From positions 1-64,000 of the forward strand of contig JAVECL010000058.1 of assembly GCA_051942245.1 (NCBI GenBank): a stretch of 64,000 nt of DNA. Direction: 5' to 3'. The position numbers and the translations under genes were made by a program. The notes below the pieces were generated by a model that saw only the letters and a list, made by a program, of their open reading frames with translations, had not been told where the DNA came from and did no database searches. This stretch comes from Trypethelium eluteriae. Taxonomy: Eukaryota. This document shows, piece after piece, positions 36,396 through 48,632 of this stretch; position 1 is the stretch's first letter; each line of letters begins with the position of its first letter.

Positions 36396-36608
36396 ATGAC
36401 TTCCGAGATGATTTTTCAGCTAGAGCAGGCCATGGCTCTGCTGAATCTCAATTCAACTCCCTTCGGGGGGACCAATGCGCCGACACCGGTGCAGAACTTC
36501 GACCCGATGGATATCGACGAAGTCGATATTCTGGCTTGGTCTCTAGGAGACCTTGATCTCAAGGCGGGGGAGGAATGCGAGGATATTGTCATGGTCGACG
36601 CACCATGA
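36396..36608 (+). CDS. Small acidic orphan protein (70 aa), tentative
   Basis: Good start context CATCACCATGA; acidic sequence with DPMDIDE and EDIVMVDAP; no family recognised. Confidence 0.45.
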   Translation: MTSEMIFQLEQAMALLNLNSTPFGGTNAPTPVQNFDPMDIDEVDILAWSLGDLDLKAGEECEDIVMVDAP

Positions 36609-37728
36609 GGACTCGGTAGGATCTCCTGTGGCCGCCCCGAAAACAAGATGCCGGATAACTTGTGACGGCAACTAAGGCTAATATGGCAAAAGATAACAAT
36701 ATCCTCACCGGCCCTACAGAGGTCGGTCCAACAGAGGATCGCAGCGTCATGATTGAGCGTATAGAAGCTGCCTCGTATACGTCGCCAACCATCGGACGAA
36801 ACCGTCGCGCCAGAGCGATCCGAACTCGGGCCGATCTTTGAGTGCTCAAATTCCCAAGTGCGGAGTCGACTGGAAGGCACAGGCTTATTACAGCACCAAA
36901 AGCTGGCCTGTCACGATAAACAAACCACTCGGGCGTGTCACTCACGTGGTTCTCGACATCACTCACAGCCCCAATCCTCACAACCGTGACCATCAGCTAC
37001 CTCCCCGCGTACTACGCGTAGATGTCTACGCGTAGCACGCGGTTAGGTAGCACTTTGGAAAGCTTACTTGCCGTTGCTACTTTATATCTGCTTGCGCATG
37101 TGTAATAATAGCGTAAGCGGAGCATACTTCCAAACTGAAATTAAGACATGATGTGTGACCTTTGCTACAGGGCGATAAGAAAGACTTGGTGCGCTGTCTT
37201 CTAGACACTAATCGCCTTGTCATGATCACCCCGTAACGCCAGAGCTATCGAAGTCGATCATCATACCTCGATTGACCATATCAATTTCTTACGCCAGTCC
37301 GCCATGGCCGTATCCACCTCGAGAACGTGACCTCTATCCCTCGTCAAACGCTCCATCTATCAGAAGTTCCTACGGTTGCTTGATACCCTGATGGTGTACG
37401 GTGGAAATCGACTGCTTCATCCATGGAGACCCTTGGACCATGCGCCCGACGTGTATCAATTCAGTTTTCCTACAGGCGCGGCATTACCTGGTTCCTACGA
37501 GGTACAAGGTTTCATCATGCTCGGATGATGTTCCACTCCTTCTCGATATATTGCATTTACAACGGCAAATATACGCCTAGAGACACGGCACGTGAGACTT
37601 ACGGATCCTTAGTCATCGTGGTCAGTGCTTTGTCTGTCTAACGATAACCTCCTATTTCTTCAATCCAGCCTCCATACCATCCCAAATTATTTACACTCCA
37701 CAAGGCGACGGACTACCTTTGCACAACC

Positions 37729-38721
37729 ATGGGCAGCACATGGTCGCAACTTTTTCCTCCTGCACCCACCCTTAAAGAAGGGAATCTACCTTCACAAGAG
37801 GGCAGGGTCTTCATTGTCACCGGTGGCGCTTCGGGCGTTGGTTTCGAACTTGCACGAATGCTCTACGAAGCTGGTGCATCAGTCTATATTGCAGGTCGCT
37901 CGGAGACAAACGGTCATCAAGCTCTCGATCGTATCCTAGCTACGCCAACTAGCGAGGCTACCAAAGGCAAACTCGAGTTCCTACTTCTCGATTTAGCTGA
38001 CCTTACTACTATCAAACCTTTCGTTCGAGCCTTTGAAGCGAAAGAATCGAGGCTGGATGTTCTCTGGAACAATGCAGCTGTTTCCCTTCCTCCGTTGGGC
38101 AGCACTTCTAAGCAGGGCTACGAGCTTCAGATCGCCACAAATTGTCTTGGTCCTTTTCTCCTCTCGCAAATGCTCCTTCCTATTTTAAAGCGAACAAGCA
38201 ATTCAGGTGCGACTCCTGGGAGCATTCGTGTTGTCTGGTCAAGCTCCCAGGTGGTCGACCTCTCGGCCCCGAAAGGCGGGTTTGCTATGAAGGACATTAT
38301 CGATCCACCTAAAGATAAGACTACGAATTATACTACGTCTAAGACCGGCAACTGGTTTCTAGCAAGCGAATTTGCACGTCATGCCGATTTGGGAGGTGAT
38401 GCTGGCGGAGTTCTTAGTGTCACACAGAACCCTGGAAACCTGTCCACCAATCTGTTGCGACATGCTCCTTGGATGAAATTTCTGTCCGCGCCGCTCCTAC
38501 ACCCAGCTCGAATGGGTGCGTATACAGAGCTTTGGGCCGGTCTATCGCCAGATTTGGAGATCGGATCACACAATGGCGCTTATGTTGTACCATGGGGAAG
38601 AGTTCATCCTGGACCACGTGCAGACTTACTTTTGGCTCTAAGAGGCACGGATGAAGGGGGATCCGGGCGTGCTAGGGAATTTTGGCAATGGTGTAAGGAG
38701 CAGACGGCCGAGTATGCATAG
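37729..38721 (+). CDS. Short-chain dehydrogenase/reductase (retinol dehydrogenase/WWOX-like)
   Basis: IVTGGASGVG, LWNNAA, NCLGPFLL, catalytic YTTSK, YVVPWGR; MGxxxS start compatible with myristoylation. Confidence 0.93.
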   Translation: MGSTWSQLFPPAPTLKEGNLPSQEGRVFIVTGGASGVGFELARMLYEAGASVYIAGRSETNGHQALDRILATPTSEATKGKLEFLLLDLADLTTIKPFVRAFEAKESRLDVLWNNAAVSLPPLGSTSKQGYELQIATNCLGPFLLSQMLLPILKRTSNSGATPGSIRVVWSSSQVVDLSAPKGGFAMKDIIDPPKDKTTNYTTSKTGNWFLASEFARHADLGGDAGGVLSVTQNPGNLSTNLLRHAPWMKFLSAPLLHPARMGAYTELWAGLSPDLEIGSHNGAYVVPWGRVHPGPRADLLLALRGTDEGGSGRAREFWQWCKEQTAEYA

Positions 38722-39182
38722 CTGGGCGAAGCCAAATACAAAAGGTATTTGATCACGATAGGAAAGAGACTCTTGGAAACGGGCATAGTTCTGGTTTCTT
38801 ACTTCACCAGCGCATAACGTATCTAGTAAACTCTCTTCGGTACTGGATTTGGGAAGACTGAGCAAGTTGTGCTAATATATTTTGGGGGTTTACAACTATA
38901 ACCTCTTTAGTGATTGTACTTATGAAGATCGTTACTTATTGTACATGCATGGCCTTCTCCACGTCCATTTATAGTTTTTTTTTCTGAAATGGCCTATATT
39001 AGATAGTCACTGTAGACCTCAGATGTAGACTCATTGGCAGCGAAGTCCAACAACCTACTGCCGCTACCCGTAGTTTCGGGTCGCGAGTTGTGAGAGACGT
39101 GAATTTAGATAGGTAAGGTAAGCTAGTTATAATGGTGTCCCAGGGTCACAGCACTCTCAAAGAAGCCCCTCCTCTTCTGCCA

Positions 39183-39746
39183 CTAGCAATGAGTACCCCT
39201 GTTTGACATGCAAATCTCGACACATTCCTGACTCGAGCCAAGGGGAACACTATTAAACTTACCCGAGACACCATTTTCTGTACACTGTGATACCACCTTC
39301 GTGGTATACCCAACGAAATCGCCCTTAGTGAGCGGGCTCACATTCGTGCCCCACGAGACGCAGCAATACTTGTTCTTCTCAGCCGCGTCACCCTCGTAGC
39401 AGATCTGGCGTCCATGCTGAGAAATTTGAACGCCCGCGTCGCCATTGAGTTCAGTGACGAGATTTTCGCAGATATCGTTTCGTGCGGCGTTATCGGTGTT
39501 GCATGTTGGGTCACTGTAGGCCGAGCAAGTGCGCTTCTGGAGATCGATGGGCGCTGAGTGAGATGCATTCGCGCCATTCGGATAACCAAAGTAGACCAGA
39601 GAGTGGTTCGAGTTTTGTGAGGCTGGCTCACGGAATAGTTCTACAAATTCGATTGGTTCGGGGTTGTTATTTATCTTTTTCGCGGACGGGAAAGCCATTG
39701 AGCCAGTGACGCAAGCGAAAGCAAGGTGAAGGAGTGCGGTTCGCAT
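39183..39746 (-). CDS. Small secreted cysteine-rich protein (187 aa)
   Basis: Signal peptide, Kex2-type LQKR site, mature region with 10 Cys including QICY, CCVSW and CVEICMSNRGTHC. Confidence 0.88.
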   Translation of the reverse strand: MRTALLHLAFACVTGSMAFPSAKKINNNPEPIEFVELFREPASQNSNHSLVYFGYPNGANASHSAPIDLQKRTCSAYSDPTCNTDNAARNDICENLVTELNGDAGVQISQHGRQICYEGDAAEKNKYCCVSWGTNVSPLTKGDFVGYTTKVVSQCTENGVSGKFNSVPLGSSQECVEICMSNRGTHC

Positions 39747-41650
39747 TTGAGGAGTTTTGGTAAGTTTCTAGGTGACTGACAAGTGGAATATTGAGGTGGT
39801 AGAGTGAGGTATGTCCCCGTGGACGGTCAAATGTTGTGATTGATGTATTTTGATGCTGAACTTGAGTTCTTACAACGATGATGTTCGAGATATTTATATC
39901 TCTCTTAGGCTTCGCGCCTCGAGATGAAGATCTCTTCTCATCTCTAAACACGTACCAGATGTGGTCTGAAATCCATTCAGGAAATACGTCACTGTGATCT
40001 GTTCTACAGCGCCGATGCTGTGCCACATAGCTTGCATTATCACCAGGCCAATCTCAAAGTTTTGGCCGTCTAAGGCACGTATCATCATAGAGAGCTATGT
40101 CGCAGAGTAGCCGTTTCCTCTTCTCCAAAGTGGAAAGGTCAAAGAAGGTAAGGACAGTTGGTCAATGCTCGTGTATCGGTATGTGAGGCACATCAGAGAG
40201 GGGACCTGATTGGTCGCTCGGCCCATCTTCATTACGCCATACTCTAGTAGAGACCATACCATTCCAAGACTAGAGCTGGCCTCCTTAAAATTACCTCAGG
40301 TACTCGCCACAAAGGGACAGCAAGCCTACCAAGTTCAATGTATGCACGGCGTAATTCAATCGGACCTATCATTTACGCACATCGTCGAGGTCTTCTTCTC
40401 AGCCTCGAATCCACAGCGTCTAAAAGACCCTCATAATGACTACTTATCTCTTTGTAAGAACGTTGATTTGAAGAAGCAGCAGAAATAACGTTCTCATCTT
40501 TGAAGAGCAAACACTACCTGCAGCGTTTCATGAGGGTTCTTACAATTTTACGAGAGCTTATCGTAATTCAGACAATAGATCGAATCCCAGCCGGTATGAG
40601 GCGCTGCATCCTGAAGATGCTCTTGGAACTGCCTCATCACAATCGATCTGCGCCGTCTGCGGCGCAGAAAAGCTTCGGATGGACGTTGCAGCTACTACTG
40701 AACGTATCCTTCAAGCCCTTTCAGGCAATCAACGTTTGCTATGCCGCGGCTGAGGTACATCCGTACGTCAACGATGCGTAGGAGAGCTTGCTTTTGTCCC
40801 GCTGCGCCGCTGTTGCAACGAAGTTGTAGCCTCCAGGCAGAGACTTAGGCTCAACTGATATGCAAGCTCATCCTACCAACAGCTGTCTCTCTTGAGGTCT
40901 GAACGAGAAGATCTTTCATCTTAATGATACGTACATTCGTTTGACTCTAGGCCCCGGATCAGAGATGTGGACAAGTATCAACGGTATTCCGGAGCTCAGC
41001 TCTATGTTATTCTGTGACGTTCTCATAACGCCTCTCAAATCTTGCACTAAGGTCACCATCCCAGCAGGGAAACACTACTCGTCTTCGACGAACCAATGAT
41101 TCTTTTCCCGCAAAGCATGTCAGCCTGGGCAGCTTCATGCCATGCACGATGACGATATACTTTGGGTCCAGCATATGGACTAATTGCGGATGGCGATCGA
41201 ATCATCAAGTCGCTCGATGGGATGCACTCTGCTCCTCGAACGTGGACATCTTTGCTATTGATACCTATACAGCGACCGAGAGCAGTTGCAGCCTGTCTGG
41301 ATCGTCAACTGCAACAGTCCGGAGTATGTTAAGCCGAGTGGCCCAGTACAGTTCAAGTTCACGCTACCGAAGCATGTCGCTGCTCTCATGCATCATCTCC
41401 TCATTGCAATAGATCATGCCCCGTGTCATGATGGATGCCCTCGTCTCCGTCATTCGTGCCCATTCAGTGATTGCAGGGTTGCTGGCCTTATGCGAGCAGC
41501 ATCCCATTGCTGTCAATTTCGTACCAAATATCTGAAGCACGCCATGACACTCAAAAGTATAAAGAGGCACTGGGTAGAATGATTAAAATGGAGCAAGAAG
41601 TCATACATTTCCTCCCGAATATATTTCATAGAGCTATTACCTTCACAAGA

Positions 41651-42540
41651 ATGCAATTGGTCCCCACGCTCATCTTTTCAGCCACGTTCATTGGTCCTGG
41701 TTTATCTACCGCTATCCCTAAGGAGCTGCAGCCTCGCATTGAACCGCCAGGCGCATGGGAAAATCCGAAAGTCGTCGAAATTGATTGCTCACGGGGTCCC
41801 GAGACATGCAACGCAGATTGTTACGGCATTCTCTGCTGGGTGGAGCCAAATCCCGTCCAATACATATACGGGAATAGTCAACGGGATGCACAAGGCAGTG
41901 GTGCGGTAGCGCTCAGAAAATTATTCAGGCAACCTCCGCAGGCAAGAGAAGCAAGAGGAGTCTTCATTTCGGATGATGTTTTGCGCGGAAGGGACAGCCC
42001 CGAGGAGACTGTAATGAATAATGCAGATGAAGGAGGCCAAGGGGAAATCATGAATCCTGTTCCCTTTCCAGACAACCGCGGTAAGTCATTCTCTCGTACT
42101 GGAAGCGGCTGTTTGCAAGATCGCAATATACATCATCACCTTGTTCGCCGATCCAGGGAAAACGTAGTTTCGTGATGAGAAAAAGAGAGCAGGCTAACGA
42201 CATGGGGTCCATAGCGATCGGTGAGAGCCTCGAACGCCAGATCTTAGCTCATGGAGTATCGAACGGCCAGTATTACTTGAAGAAATTCCTTCATACTTCG
42301 GGCAATCCAGATTATTGCGCTCTGCTGCAGGCGATACCCCCGGATAGGTCCCGTTGCTCAGCGAAGGGCAAAGCTCCAGCCGATCCGTCTAGGACTAGTG
42401 TAATCAGAGCTGCGGAGCGGGGTGACTGGCGTGCCACCCCGTTCAAAATGATGGACTTTGATAAAGGTGATAGGTGGGTTGGCTTTCCTAAGACGCCTAA
42501 GCGAGGTGAACGGCTAGAGAAAACTAGTCAAGAACATTGA
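41651..42540 (+). CDS. Secreted protein, divergent NucA/NucB-like nuclease candidate (2 exons)
   Basis: Signal peptide MQLVPTLIFSATFIGPGLS, IDCSRGPETCNADCYGILC, DSPEETVMNNADEGGQG..PVPFPDNR|AIG; intron 42081-42214 (GTAAGT..CTAAC..TAG) joins the two ORFs in frame. Confidence 0.75.
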
Positions 42541-43327
42541 AATGGTGTCTAAAGCAATGAACAAGAGGCTGGTGAGTCGAGAAAGCCAATGAAGAGCGAT
42601 GAAACTCTATTGAGGGACCTAGCGGATTGTGGAAATACTGTAGTGTTTATCAAGGCAAAACCCCATGCCAGTCAATCTTTTGTCCGTTGAAAAGATGTAG
42701 TTTTCTATTGTGAGGGAGGATATTCGACGAGAAATCTCATCGTCAATGTTTTCGATCATTTGTTTGTCATAGCTCGTGACCAAAGTTGCGGAGGAATTGT
42801 TTCCGTTAGATCTGCTCTTTTCCCTAGGCACGAAATTTTGTAATGCGATCGCGACTCAGCTGCTGAGAACTAGAAGCAATCTTCGCTGTGTTCTTTCAAT
42901 CTGTCTCCAAGAGAACTCTAATGGTATGATTCACAAGCTGGAGTCTGGTAGTCGTACTCTAGAATATGATGCTGAATACTCGGCTCTACGGTATCGTGCG
43001 TATCGTATCGTGGCGCGGGGCCTCGCCGTTTTCTAGAGTATCTTATCGTCTCGTAGAGCGTACTCTACAGTATGTGCCGCATGTGCCGCAATCCAACACA
43101 TACTCTACGACAGACATAAGAAACATCTCAGTCAACGAAACTTGTTCGTCTTGTACCTCACCATCGGGCGTTATATCTTAGTTCTTTTCCACAAAGATAA
43201 CTCTGATTCTTCTATCCTTCACAGTCTCGCCAACCGTGCATCTCGAAGGAACAACGCTGTTTCTTGGTTCTTCCGTCTTGAGACTGTGATACATCCAACA
43301 CGGAGTAAATTAAAATTAACAGATATC

Positions 43328-43966
43328 ATGCCGTACGCCATTGTATTTGCAACATACGATATCAAGACAGAGGTACACAAAGTCCTCCCCAAGGGTGCAC
43401 GACTACTCACCAAGTTTATGTAGGCATGGAACGATTTTGCACAGACGGCTACCATTGAAGGCACTGATATCAGACCAATCGTCTTGGTATACTCGTATTC
43501 GCCACAAAATGTCCAATCAGTAACGAACTTTCTGGCCGCACCCGTGAAGACTGAACTCAGCTCGGCTTCGTATCCCGAGCTTCGGGCGTTGTTTCGCAGT
43601 ATCGTGGACGCGCACCTTCACGAGCGTCGACTAAGCCTCGGCCTTTTTTTGATCCTCGATGAACAGTCAGCGACTGACCGACAGGTCGTAATTGTCCATC
43701 GCGAACCAGAGTGGGTTCATGCAGAGACAGGGGAGAGGCTCCCATGCCATCCAAGCGAAGATGGACGAGAGGATCAGGATCGGTTTGAGGCCAAAACTGT
43801 ATGGAGAAGGTTCCGTGTCCCGTTTGAAGAAGCGTTGTCCCAATGGTTGGCTATGCAAGCGAAGGGCTCGTATGATCTGGAGGAACACGAAGAATTGCGG
43901 CACTATCTGCAGCGTGTAGACCACGGGCCGGCTGAAGAAAGAGAGCCCTTTCAACCAAAGGACTAG
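43328..43966 (+). CDS. Hypothetical protein (2 exons)
   Basis: MPYAIVFATYDIKTE, intron 43373-43423 (weak donor), then in frame with ORF 43484 (FLILDEQSATDRQV..RRFRVPF). Confidence 0.6.
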
Positions 43967-45858
43967 CATATTTCTCCAGTATTCCGATATTTTATTCCTA
44001 GTCCAGATCAAAATAGATCCCTAGTACTGTTTAGACAGAAATAGTCGATGTTGACGATATTGTGAAACTCTTTTGTATGATCGCCGCTTCGAACATTTCA
44101 GAAAGTCAAGGAAACAGGCGTAATTCTAGTATTATTTCCCTCTCTTACTAGGGTACAATGTACCTAGTAGACCGCACTTTCTTAGTTCACCATATCTGTG
44201 AAGACTGAGTAGGTTTCACCAATATATGTTATTTGCTATAATAATGTCTCATGGCTGCAGCTATCCTTGGAATAATTACCAATACCCACTCCTGGAATCT
44301 TATTCGTCATGGCATTCTCTATCAGCTCTTGGCATTGCTCTTGATCCAGCGTTGACTGGCGAATGGCGTTCGTATGAATACACGGCTACTCTGAGCTTTG
44401 TAATATCGCAGGGGATGTCAAATGTTTGTACTGTGAATAGGTACGTCGTGTAATGAAATGAATTGAGTGTGAACAAGACCTGCTCAACAGATCACTCGAT
44501 CTGGCTCTATGTAATTTAAAGTAAACTACCGGTTAGGAAACCCCCCTCCCCCCGTAGGGAAATTTTAGAGGTAACGTGATTCGTCCATTGGGTAAACTTC
44601 GCATCGACGCCTTTAGCACGATGCTGAATAAATTTTGGAAGAACAAACAAACATGAACACATAATGCCTATGTCGACTCCCAGGATACTACGTTCAACGA
44701 ATTAGCGTGAATACATAATCGCACCGTCTCAGAGGGATACTACGTTGAGAAATTAGAGCCAATGTTCCATGTGCTTACGGGTATGGAGAATAGAATCGGC
44801 GTGATTGGGAGGCGCGCGACACTAGACGCACAAGAGCTGAATTTTGTATTAAAATAGCATTAGCTCCTCGATGAAGCTATTCACTTACAAGATGACCAAC
44901 CCAAAGATGGCCAAGGCTTTGAGTCTTTGTGCCTAGCTTATGAAAAGCACTGAATGATGCATGGGATTTAAAACTGTGAGTCTGGTGTTCCCGCTCAATG
45001 TCGGATATATAATTTCCATTACACCACGGTTCATAAAAATTCGGTTCCTATTGGTTGCCGCCGCAGATCTGGTACATTATCTCCATGCGTCTGCAGCCTT
45101 AATGTATCCTTGGAAGGTCGCACGGCTAACTCGTGTGAATCTTAGCGATTTGTTGATAAACGACGCAGGCTTTTCAAAGATCCGCATAGTGTAGATAGCA
45201 AAAGTTGTACCGCCAATCACGAAGCTCCCTGTACGGTAGATAGATTGATTGCGATGGTATGGATAAAGAATTCACAAATTGGTGAAGATGAAAGCTGATC
45301 ATGTCAAGATGGTATTTGCTTACCACTGATCATCACTCACACCGGCGAAGGAGGAAGCGTCTGGAATCCTGCTTCTATCGCCTAAATAAAAGGTGATATG
45401 GGGTAGAGAACAGCCAGCCTTGGCGGCCTCTTTCAGTTCTTTCGTAACTCAGCAATTTGTACTCTACCGGCTCAACCTCGGCCCAGCCTCGGCTTAGGTT
45501 CGACTGCCGCTGCTCAGGCTGCACCGCCACCGCTCCCTCACCCTAACCTCACCCATGATATGGGCCCATTTCTGGGACCTTCGTTGTGACAATAACCAGG
45601 GGTTCCTCTCCGTCCTTGCGGAGATGTTGTGTTCAGCGAGGTGTGGCGATTCCTATGTTCACCAGTGCGGTACATATCACTGGGGAGGAAATTTGGCCAC
45701 TGTCCATGGTCTTTCCTGGCTCGCCATCCGTCAACTCACAATGCCCACTACAGCTTGCTTGCACGAACAGCGAAAGTCCCAAATACTCTTCACTTACCCT
45801 TCTGTTCTGTGTCTAGCACTTATTGTACCTCCGTGGCTCCCTCTGATCCTGTTCCACC

Positions 45859-47232
45859 ATGAGCGCCCAGGACGACTGGCCCACGGCACCTGACGGTAGC
45901 GAATATAATGGCCAAGACTTACTGCATCTAATGCATGATGGACGTAGCCCATTTGCAGAGCGCTGGGATGCTGGTCTCCTTATCCGCGAAATTGAAGAAC
46001 ATCTAGCGGCGCAAGTGGTAGATATTCCAGCCATCTCCAAAGGCTCTAACAACTACGTAAGTCTGCCGAGCACCAATTCTTCCGCGGAAAGTGATGTATC
46101 GCAACTAGGGCTTTTACTTCAAACTTTCCAATCGACCTGATATAGTAGCGCGTCTGGCGCGAGGCGACGTCAACATGCCTGGTTACGACGGCTTTACCAT
46201 CGACCAGCAGGTCCCGGAGGTCGAGTATGAGGCGGCTGTGTACGAGCTGTTGCAGTCTGAGCCCGCCATTCGTGCCTCACGCCTTCTCTACCACCGCGTC
46301 CCAGTTGAACGTCCGCCTCCTCATTTAGAGAAACCGGTAGATATTGTTGGCCGTCGGTTGCTGGTCTTCGAACGGGCAGATGGGGACATGCTTGCCTAGC
46401 GCACTCCAACACCTAAGCAGAAGGTCCTTTGGTGTCCCTTTACCCTGGATAAACCACGTTTAGCTTACATTCCCAGGCCCATGTCCTTGCTCAATCAGCT
46501 ACCATACGAGCAGCTTTGTTCAACTTCACTCCTCCACTTGAATTCGCAGCCAAATGGTTTCTTGCCAGATTATTCGATCAGAAGCCTGAGTCGCTCCCTG
46601 TTCCCGTCGCACCAACCCGTCATTTCTGTATCGAATTGTTCGTCTCCAAAATTCATGCTACAATCAAGAGCGTTGGTGACATGATTGGATGGGAGGACGA
46701 CCACCAAGTTGTTGGTCCCGTGGCTGCAGCTGCCAAACAGTCACTCCTACGGCTGATTCCCCACATCATACCACCAGAAACCACCAAAAAGCCAACCATA
46801 TACCGTCTCGTTCTCGACCACGGCGATTTTGGTATCCACAATATGTCGATCACCGCGGATGACTACCGCGTCACTTCCGTCTTCGATTGGGAGACGGGGT
46901 GCATTGTTCCCGCTATCCTCTCTGATCCCTTGATGGCCGTTGTGGTCGATTTGGTGACAGATGAAGCCGCAGCCCCTTCGGTTATTCGTGTGCCCACCGA
47001 CACAACGTCTAACGAGCATGTGAAGTACATGGCATGGGCTACCCAGCATATCGACGTACTGTATGAAAAAGCACCGGAATACCAGAGCACTATAAAAGCG
47101 GGCAGGGACGCCCGCCACCTATGGTTTGCGTTAAGAGACTGGAGGGGAGACGACCCAGAAGGATATTTCGGCACTCTAGGAGCTTGGGCTGAAAGAAGGC
47201 TCGGGGAGCTTACTGTCAACTCGGAGGAGTAA
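45859..47232 (+). pseudogene. Aminoglycoside phosphotransferase (APH)-like kinase gene with one in-frame TAG
   Basis: KGSNNY|GFYFKL, IVARLARGDVN, LVLDHGDFGIHNM, VFDWETG; TAG at 46397-46399 lies in exon 2 before the apparent intron (~46424-46476). Confidence 0.65.
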
Positions 47233-48632
47233 CTATCAGATGGGACAGAAATTAGCATGTTAAACCAGTCACTGGGAATAGCAACATGACAGGGCAAACC
47301 CCATCAGTCCCTGGTTGCTTGCTGGAATCGTAACCACTAAATGTGCAGGGACAATGGCCAAGCAGAATTCTCGAGCGATCCATCTAGTTGCAACCGTTGC
47401 CCAACTAATTGCTGAGGACGGCAGAGCACGCAGCCATTCCACTTCTTTGGCAGTCGGACCGGACCCCAAACTATCTCCAGCCGGCGGGTTGAGCTAATGC
47501 AGCAGCGAGCACGGCCGCGATGTGTCTAGCTAAAAGCGATGCTGCTTGGCACGCTTTTTAGTGTAATCTTCAGCTTCTTCCCAATCGTCTTGCCTGAGCC
47601 TCTCGTCATCACAAGCATCTAAGCTGTCTGATCCTTTCCTGAAGCAAAAGAAATCGAGAGCAAGCACGACAAAAAATTGTCCCCACATAGCAAGATTTCC
47701 GGTCATCATCGAGGGGAGGTCGGGCGGAGATGGCGGAACCGGGGAGTTTGGGAAAGAGCGGCTAGTAGGGCTTGATCCGAACGTGACAAAGATAAGAGAC
47801 GAGAAAAGGGAAATCGGGATTGCGCACAAGCAATGATGGATCGCTTTTCCAGCAGTCAGTAAAGAATGATAGAACTGCATTAGAACTGTCAGATCAATGG
47901 CTAGAAAAAGAGCGCAGATCTCTATTCGACCTCAAATGACGTGTATTTCATAAGAGAGGGTCAATGAGGTGAGCCTGATCACATGTTCAACAGGCAAGGA
48001 CCCAACGCCTTTCCTTCCTGTGAAGGTACTGGCTCTTTGGTGGATCAGTTAGGCCTCTGTCCAACTATGCCGTAACTAGACTGTAGATGAACGCACGAGA
48101 AATTCATGGACCTTCTTCTCACCAATTAGTTCATTATCCTGTCAGTCTCGATGTTCCCAAATAGCACGTGTAAAAACAGACGGACCACGGGCAGACATGA
48201 CTAGGTAATCTGAAGAACATGGCTGGGAAAGATATATAAGCACTAGGGTCTGAGTGGCAGGGCCTCAATTACTTTAGCCAGTTGAAACAGCGTACCGAGA
48301 AGCCAGGGGCTTAGGAACATCTTCAGTGCATTCTGATTCGCTCGGCTCGTGTCGTAAAATTGGTAAGTTCGCGTTGCAACACTTTGCACCTACCTACGGG
48401 GTACTGCACATGGAGACGGAGATAAGCCAAAACTCCGGCGAGAGTAAACAAACTGCTAGATGATGCTTTCTCTGAGCTCTACCTTAATGGGCGAAAGAGT
48501 GTCTAAACTCCGGTTCTCGGAAGACTGTTTAGTCACTGTGCTTTTCTTGCCTAGTAGTTCGACTTGAAGTACACATGCTATCTCCCCACAACCGCTCTTG
48601 AAGGTCCTGTCTCACTACCCTTCACTTCTGAA

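Noticed and set aside
40200..41600. Protein-like fragments suggesting a pseudogene
   Set aside because: Could not assemble a consistent frame or family.
45535..45555. Telomere-like CCCTCACCCTAACCTCACCC
   Set aside because: Only one exact CCCTAA unit.
47530..47880. 116-aa minus-strand ORF
   Set aside because: No family features or supporting structure.
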